A DNA stretch of 64,000 bases, taken from assembly GCA_033722295.1 (NCBI GenBank), contig JAWVZH010000001.1, positions 632 to 64,631 on the forward strand, in the 5' to 3' direction. This stretch comes from Saprospiraceae bacterium (GTDB taxonomy: Bacteria > Bacteroidota > Bacteroidia > Chitinophagales > Saprospiraceae). Numbering within the stretch: position 1 is the stretch's first letter; each line of letters begins with the position of its first letter. Positions 58,994-64,000 of this stretch are shown piece after piece. The translations under genes were made by a program, and so were the position numbers. The notes below the pieces were generated by a model, which saw nothing but the letters and a program-made list of their open reading frames with translations, did no database searches and had not been told where the DNA came from.

Positions 58994-59767
58994 ATGGCAA
59001 AAAAATCGAAGTTAGAAGCGTTTGGCCGTCTCCTGGATATCATGGACGATCTGAGAGCCGGATGTCCATGGGACAGGAAGCAGACCATGGAGAGCCTCAG
59101 GAATCTCACCATCGAAGAGACATACGAGCTGGCGGACGCCATACTGGAAGAAGATCTACAAGGGGTCAAGGAAGAATTGGGAGATCTGCTGCTCCATATG
59201 GTGTTCTACGCAAAGATAGGGGATGAAAAAAGTGCATTTGACATAGAGGATGTTCTGCATGCCGTGTGTGATAAGCTCATCGAAAGGCATCCCCACATCT
59301 ATGGTGATCTTGATGTTTCAGATGAAGAAGAAGTCAAGCAAAATTGGGAAAAACTAAAACTGAAATCTGGTAAGAAATCAGTCCTTTCTGGTGTGCCCAA
59401 TTCACTTCCCAGCCTGGTCAAGGCCCAGCGATTGCAGGATAAGACTGCCCAGGTCGGATTCGAATGGGACGAAACACACCAGGTATATGAAAAGGTCAAG
59501 GAAGAGTTGGCCGAACTCCAGGAGGCTATAGAATCGGGGCAACAGAAAGAAATCGAAGCGGAATATGGAGATGTCCTGTTCGCGCTGGTCAATTATGGCA
59601 GGTTTTTGAAGGTAGAACCAGAGACAGCTCTTGAGAAGATCAACAAAAAGTTCAAGAAACGATTTGAGTATATCGAGACACATGCCACCAAGCCTTTAGA
59701 GGAGATGACCCTTGAAGAAATGGATGTTTTATGGGGAGAGGCCAAAGCCGGCGAAGTGCACAAATAA
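58994..59767 (+). CDS. mazG: Nucleoside triphosphate pyrophosphohydrolase MazG
   Basis: CPWDRKQTMESLRNLTIEETYELADAI and a second EXXE repeat region. Confidence 0.93.
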   Translation: MAKKSKLEAFGRLLDIMDDLRAGCPWDRKQTMESLRNLTIEETYELADAILEEDLQGVKEELGDLLLHMVFYAKIGDEKSAFDIEDVLHAVCDKLIERHPHIYGDLDVSDEEEVKQNWEKLKLKSGKKSVLSGVPNSLPSLVKAQRLQDKTAQVGFEWDETHQVYEKVKEELAELQEAIESGQQKEIEAEYGDVLFALVNYGRFLKVEPETALEKINKKFKKRFEYIETHATKPLEEMTLEEMDVLWGEAKAGEVHK

Positions 59768-59806
59768 CAAAACCGGGTTTGAGACGTTCTGAGAACTATA
59801 TTTTCT

Positions 59807-59814
59807 TATCTTTG
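59807..59814 (+). promoter_or_regulatory. -7 box TATCTTTG for rpsO
   Basis: TAnnTTTG match 48 nt upstream of the ATG at 59862. Confidence 0.35.
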
Positions 59815-59861
59815 CCGCGCTAAACTTGATTTTCGTAATCTCTTTTGGTAAAAAAATTAAT

Positions 59862-60137
59862 ATGCCGACATATTTAACTCAGGAAAAAAAGAGGGAGATC
59901 TTCAAAGAATACGGAGGCTCCGAAACCAACACAGGTGGAACCGAGGCGCAAGTCGCCTTGTTGACCTACAAAATTACCAGCCTTTCAAGTCATTTAAGAT
60001 CGAACAGCAAGGATCATTCATGTAGAAGAACTTTGCTGACTCTGGTTGGTAGAAGAAAACGATTGTTGAACTATCTTGCCAAGAAGGATATCAACAAGTA
60101 TCGTGCGTTAACTGCCAAATTGGGTCTGAGAAAGTAA
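59862..60137 (+). CDS. rpsO: 30S ribosomal protein S15
   Basis: MPTYLTQEKKREIF...TGGTEAQVALLTYKI...HSCRRTLLTLVGRRKRLL. The track's TTG at 59826 is an upstream extension. Confidence 0.95.
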   Translation: MPTYLTQEKKREIFKEYGGSETNTGGTEAQVALLTYKITSLSSHLRSNSKDHSCRRTLLTLVGRRKRLLNYLAKKDINKYRALTAKLGLRK

Positions 60138-60281
60138 GATAACTCGGACAATTCCAGTTATTGGAATGAGATGGTAACTTAAGGCTTCTTCTCTTCTGGA
60201 TATGGCCGAACACGTTCTGCCGATCTTTGGGAATGATCCATCATTGCTGTGTAAGTTTTAAAAAAGATTAAATTTTATTGA

Positions 60282-62483
60282 ATGGGACAAATTAATCCGA
60301 TCACAACGTCATTCAACCTTCCCGACGGACGTGAAGTCATAATTGAAACAGGAAAATTAGCAACGCAGGCAGACGGTTCTGTAGTTATCAAAATGGGCAA
60401 GACGATGCTCTTCGCCTCAGTGGTAAGTGCTGAAGAACCCAGAGAGGGACAGAGTTTCTTCCCACTGTCAGTTGATTATCAGGAAAAATATGCCTCTGCG
60501 GGCCGTATTCCGGGCAACTTCTTCAGAAGGGAGGCAAAATTATCGGACTATGAAATCCTCATTTGCAGGCTTGTAGATCGTGCAATACGCCCTCTTTTCC
60601 CCGATGGTTATATGAATGATACACAGGTGATCATCAATTTGATCTCCGCGGACGATGACGATATGCCCGATGCCCTGGCGGCGTTGGCGGCATCTGCTGC
60701 CCTGGCAGTAAGTGACATTCCTTTTGCCGGGCCCATCTCCGAAGTTCGTGTAGCCAAGATAGATGGACAATATCAGGTCAATCCCACTCGATCGGCTCTT
60801 GAGAATGCTACAGTCGATGTCATTGTCGCAGCTACAATGGACAATGTGATGATGGTTGAAGGAGAAGCAAGGGAGTGCAGCGAGAAGGAATTGATCGAGG
60901 CGATCAAGGTTGGACATGATGCCATTAAAGTTCAATGTCAGGCGCAACTCGACCTCGCTCAAAAGGTGGGTGAGAAGGCACTCAATAAAAGAGAGTTCGT
61001 TCAACCTGAAATCAGCGAAGAGGTAGCTGAGTTGGTAAAACAGATGACCAGGGACAAGATCTACGATATTGCTAAAGGTCAACTCGCTAAACATGAAAGA
61101 AAGGAAGGCTTCAAGAATATCAAGGAGAGTATGATAGAAGCCCTCACCGAGGAAAAAGGTGAGGAGTATATGGAGGAAATGACGGAGCAGTACGAAGAAG
61201 AGTTCGAAAACCTTAAAAAGGATATTATAAGAGAAATGGTCATGGGCGAAGGCGTAAGACTGGACGGGCGGAAATATGATGAGATAAGAGACATCTGGTG
61301 TGAAGTGGATTATCTGCCCTCGGCGCACGGATCAGCTATCTTCACCAGGGGCGAGACCCAGAGTTTGACCACGCTGACACTTGGTACCAAGAGAGACGAA
61401 ATGCTGATCGACACGGCCCTTGCATTTTACAATGAAGGTTTTATTCTGCATTATAACTTCCCGGCATTTTCCGTTGGTGAGATCAAACCGATGAGGGGGC
61501 CGGGCCGAAGAGAAGTTGGACACGCCAATCTGGCGGGAAGATCGATTCGTCAGGTCTTGCCCAAGGATAGTCCGTACACGACAAGGATCGTTTCGGATAT
61601 CATGGAAAGTAACGGTTCATCATCCATGGCAACTGTATGTGCCGGAACCCTGGCTCTTATGGATGCCGGTATACCGATAAAGGCGCCTGTATCCGGAATT
61701 GCGATGGGTATGATCTCTGATGGTAACAGGAATGCAATTCTATCTGATATTCTGGGTGATGAAGATGCCCTTGGAGATATGGATTTTAAAGTCACCGGAA
61801 CCAAAGAAGGTATCACTGCCTGTCAAATGGATATTAAGATCGAAGGATTGCCTTATGAGATCCTGGAGCAGGCACTGGAGCAGGCCAAACGCGGACGCAT
61901 CCATATACTTGATGAGATGGCAAAAACATTGTCCGAACCTAGGCCGGATTATAAGCCTCATGCACCAAGGATCGAGGAGATCATTATTGACAAGAGCTTC
62001 ATAGGTGCGGTGATCGGGCCTGGAGGAAAAATAATTCAGGAGCTTCAGGAAACCACAGATACAACCATCTCTATTGAAGAAGTTGATGGCAAGGGCATAG
62101 TTAATGTCGCAGGAAACAATAAGGAGAGTATTGATAAGGCACTGGAAAAGATCAAGTCGATCGCCTTCACTCCTGAAGTTGGGGATGTCTACGATGCGGT
62201 TGTGGCTTCCGTTATGCCTTATGGTGTCTTTGTGGACTTCAAAGGTCAAAGCGGCCTGCTTCACGTTTCCGAGATATCGCACTCTCATATCGACAGGGTA
62301 GATGAAGTTTTCAAGGAAGGGGATGAGGTCAAGGTAAAATTGATAGGAATAGACCCTAAATCCGGAAAAATGCGTCTGTCTCGCAAGGCCTTATTGCCAA
62401 AGCCGGAAGGTCGACAGGACAACGGAGGAGGAAGAGGCGATAACCGTGGAGGAAGGAGAGATGACAGGAGAGACAGAAACTAG
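60282..62483 (+). CDS. pnp: Polyribonucleotide nucleotidyltransferase (PNPase)
   Basis: Two RNase PH domains, a KH domain (IGAVIGPGGKIIQEL) and an S1 domain (GVFVDFKGQSGLLHVSE), plus an Arg/Gly/Asp-rich tail. Confidence 0.98.
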   Translation: MGQINPITTSFNLPDGREVIIETGKLATQADGSVVIKMGKTMLFASVVSAEEPREGQSFFPLSVDYQEKYASAGRIPGNFFRREAKLSDYEILICRLVDRAIRPLFPDGYMNDTQVIINLISADDDDMPDALAALAASAALAVSDIPFAGPISEVRVAKIDGQYQVNPTRSALENATVDVIVAATMDNVMMVEGEARECSEKELIEAIKVGHDAIKVQCQAQLDLAQKVGEKALNKREFVQPEISEEVAELVKQMTRDKIYDIAKGQLAKHERKEGFKNIKESMIEALTEEKGEEYMEEMTEQYEEEFENLKKDIIREMVMGEGVRLDGRKYDEIRDIWCEVDYLPSAHGSAIFTRGETQSLTTLTLGTKRDEMLIDTALAFYNEGFILHYNFPAFSVGEIKPMRGPGRREVGHANLAGRSIRQVLPKDSPYTTRIVSDIMESNGSSSMATVCAGTLALMDAGIPIKAPVSGIAMGMISDGNRNAILSDILGDEDALGDMDFKVTGTKEGITACQMDIKIEGLPYEILEQALEQAKRGRIHILDEMAKTLSEPRPDYKPHAPRIEEIIIDKSFIGAVIGPGGKIIQELQETTDTTISIEEVDGKGIVNVAGNNKESIDKALEKIKSIAFTPEVGDVYDAVVASVMPYGVFVDFKGQSGLLHVSEISHSHIDRVDEVFKEGDEVKVKLIGIDPKSGKMRLSRKALLPKPEGRQDNGGGRGDNRGGRRDDRRDRN

Positions 62484-62525
62484 TATCTCAATAAGCATTT
62501 TGCGCTCATATTGATGACAAGAAAT

Positions 62526-62553
62526 AAGCCCGGTTCGAAAGACCGGGCTTTTT
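62526..62553 (+). terminator. Rho-independent terminator after pnp
   Basis: AAGCCCGGT/ACCGGGCTT 9-bp stem followed by TTT. Confidence 0.8.
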
Positions 62554-62789
62554 AATTACACGTGACTTGATGTGGCTGATCAACCGACCTCCAGCTATAT
62601 AAGCGCAATAGATGTAGTAAGGCTAAAGAGGTCATGTCGCATCAGGATAGTGTCTTCATTGGCATAGATATCGTATTTATATATCCCTCCCTTTCATATC
62701 GATGCAACATATTTACTCGTTATCTATATGTATTTTGAACTATTTGGATAGTTAAGACGTAATTTCTAGTAGAAGCTTGTACATATTAC

Positions 62790-63656
62790 ATGAGGCAGTT
62801 AAAAATTACCAATAAGATCACCAACAGGGAGAGCCTGGCGTTAGAGAAGTATCTCAACGATATCGGGCGTATAGACCTGTTGACTGCCGATGAAGAAGCG
62901 GAACTGGCTTCAAGGATAAGACAGGGTGATAAAGAGGCGCTCGACCGCCTTACCAAAGCTAACCTCAGATTTGTTGTCAGCGTCGCCAAGCAATACCAAA
63001 ACCAGGGATTAAGTCTTAGTGACCTCATCAATGAGGGCAATGTCGGCCTGATGAAAGCCGCTAAGAGATTTGACGAGACCAAAGGATTCAAGTTTATCAG
63101 CTACGCCGTGTGGTGGATCCGTCAATCCATACTCCAGGCCATTGTTGAGTACAGCCGACTGGTCAGACTACCCCTTAACAAGGTCAATTCGTACAATCGC
63201 GTCAGGGAAGCCTATACATCATTTATTCAGGAGTTCGAAAGAGAACCAAGTCATGAGGAACTGGCGGACCTCCTCGATATGAAGCCCAAGGATGTGGCCA
63301 ACACTCTGAGTCAATCCAATCGACATTTATCCTTCGATGCGCCTGTAGGAAGCGATGAGGACAGTGGTGCGACAATGCTGGACCTGATCGCCGGAGATGA
63401 CGAGGAATCACCGGACATAAAGCTGATGGAAGAATCCCTCAAGAATGAGGTAAGGATTGGGTTGAGCAAGCTATCACCTAGAGAGGTCGCCGTATTGAAG
63501 GCTTATTATGGTCTCAATGGCAGTAAGAGTTACACACTTGAGGAAATAGGGGAACTCTACGGATTGACTCGTGAACGCGTCAGACAGATCAAAGAGAGGG
63601 CGCTTCGTCGATTGAGAAAATCCGTTAATCGGGGTGAATTGAAGTCATATTTGTAA
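62790..63656 (+). CDS. rpoD: Primary RNA polymerase sigma factor (short Bacteroidota sigma-70/SigA type)
   Basis: Regions 2-4 are present (NLRFVVSVAKQY, FISYAVWWIRQ, TLEEIGELYGLTRERVRQI). The 288-aa length is typical of Bacteroidota RpoD. Confidence 0.95.
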   Translation: MRQLKITNKITNRESLALEKYLNDIGRIDLLTADEEAELASRIRQGDKEALDRLTKANLRFVVSVAKQYQNQGLSLSDLINEGNVGLMKAAKRFDETKGFKFISYAVWWIRQSILQAIVEYSRLVRLPLNKVNSYNRVREAYTSFIQEFEREPSHEELADLLDMKPKDVANTLSQSNRHLSFDAPVGSDEDSGATMLDLIAGDDEESPDIKLMEESLKNEVRIGLSKLSPREVAVLKAYYGLNGSKSYTLEEIGELYGLTRERVRQIKERALRRLRKSVNRGELKSYL

Positions 63657-63678
63657 TTGAACACGCGAAATTCGGCCT

Positions 63679-64000
63679 ATGCCAAGATTTTTTGCGTTAT
63701 TAGTTAGCGCGCTATTGTTCATTACAGGCATTTCAATTGTGCTCGTACAGATCTTAAGATTTCTCGGATTATCAAGGATGTCACGGGGACGCCGTGAGAG
63801 AGAGCGTCGCAGGATACTGGGACTACTCGGACGTCAAAATGTTGACATGGCACCCTGGAAGATAGGAGAGATAGAGCTATTATCTTATAAGATCCATTAT
63901 TCCAACAAGAGATCCTTGTTCTCCAGGTGGTTGCAGGGATATGCCCAGACCATCTTCAATGAGCCATTGCTGCCCTTTGCCGCCAGAGTGTATGGTCCGG
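63679..64000 (+). CDS. Hypothetical membrane protein, 3'-truncated by window edge
   Basis: From the ATG at 63679 I hand-translated 107 codons with no stop. N-terminal TM helix (FFALLVSALLFITGISIVLVQIL) followed by an Arg-rich stretch. Absent from the track because the ORF has no stop in the window. Confidence 0.45.
   Translation, partial: MPRFFALLVSALLFITGISIVLVQILRFLGLSRMSRGRRERERRRILGLLGRQNVDMAPWKIGEIELLSYKIHYSNKRSLFSRWLQGYAQTIFNEPLLPFAARVYGP

Noticed and set aside
60540-61328. 262-aa minus-strand ORF inside pnp
   Set aside because: It is antisense to PNPase. A shadow ORF caused by the codon bias of the sense gene.
1-64000. Search by eye for CRISPR arrays, IS elements, integrases, long identical direct or inverted repeats, rRNA, tmRNA and RNase P
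   Set aside because: I found no regularly spaced short repeats and no transposase, integrase or recombinase-like ORFs. The only GGTTCGA-type T-loops belong to the two tRNAs, plus one terminator loop. All repeats detected are diverged coding repeats within the giant surface-protein genes.

Overview
This is a 64-kb chromosomal window, most likely from a Bacteroidota genome. The phylum call rests on five proteins ending in type IX secretion (T9SS) C-terminal sorting domains, repeated TAnnTTTG -7 promoter boxes 15-30 nt upstream of start codons, and the gene order. I cannot name a species, and no database search was possible. All family calls come from motifs I recognise in the translations.

Layout:
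- 1-12.3 kb: the conserved block tuf (5'-truncated), tRNA-Trp, secE, nusG, rplK, rplA, rplJ, rplL, rpoB, rpoC.
- 12.9-20.5 kb, minus strand: a co-directional array of a hypothetical gene, era, der, rfbC, rfbD, a 907-aa T9SS type-B cargo protein and ribE.
- 20.6-23.7 kb: an AAA_28-like P-loop protein, then a TPP riboswitch in front of a TonB-dependent receptor.
- 24.5-38.9 kb: three consecutive giant surface proteins. These are a reprolysin-like metalloprotease with 10 PKD domains, a P-domain protein with 11 tandem repeats, and a 1904-aa protein with a 3x ~272-aa super-repeat.
- 39-64 kb: mostly housekeeping genes (cmk, DUF2795, queA, FtsX-type permease, infC-rpmI-rplT, clpC, STAS, rnz, tRNA-Lys, mazG, rpsO, pnp, rpoD). 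Also here are a metzincin T9SS cargo, a saccharopine-dehydrogenase-like gene, a GNAT, a DUF2911 gene and a PIG-L/symporter operon.

About 29% of the window (18.8 kb) encodes predicted T9SS cargo. I found no transposase, integrase, CRISPR array, rRNA or recognisable defence or toxin-antitoxin genes.

I see no clear-cut novel system. The best leads are:
1. A translationally coupled operon of a PIG-L deacetylase, an untracked 34-aa membrane microprotein and an SSS symporter.
2. A 460-bp orphan AT-rich spacer carrying its own promoter-like box and a 27-codon hydrophobic ORF.
3. The unusual repeat architectures of the giant T9SS proteins, which also lack adjacent PorP/SprF genes.
4. A TPP riboswitch whose expression platform seems to rely on a duplicated ACGAATT heptamer.
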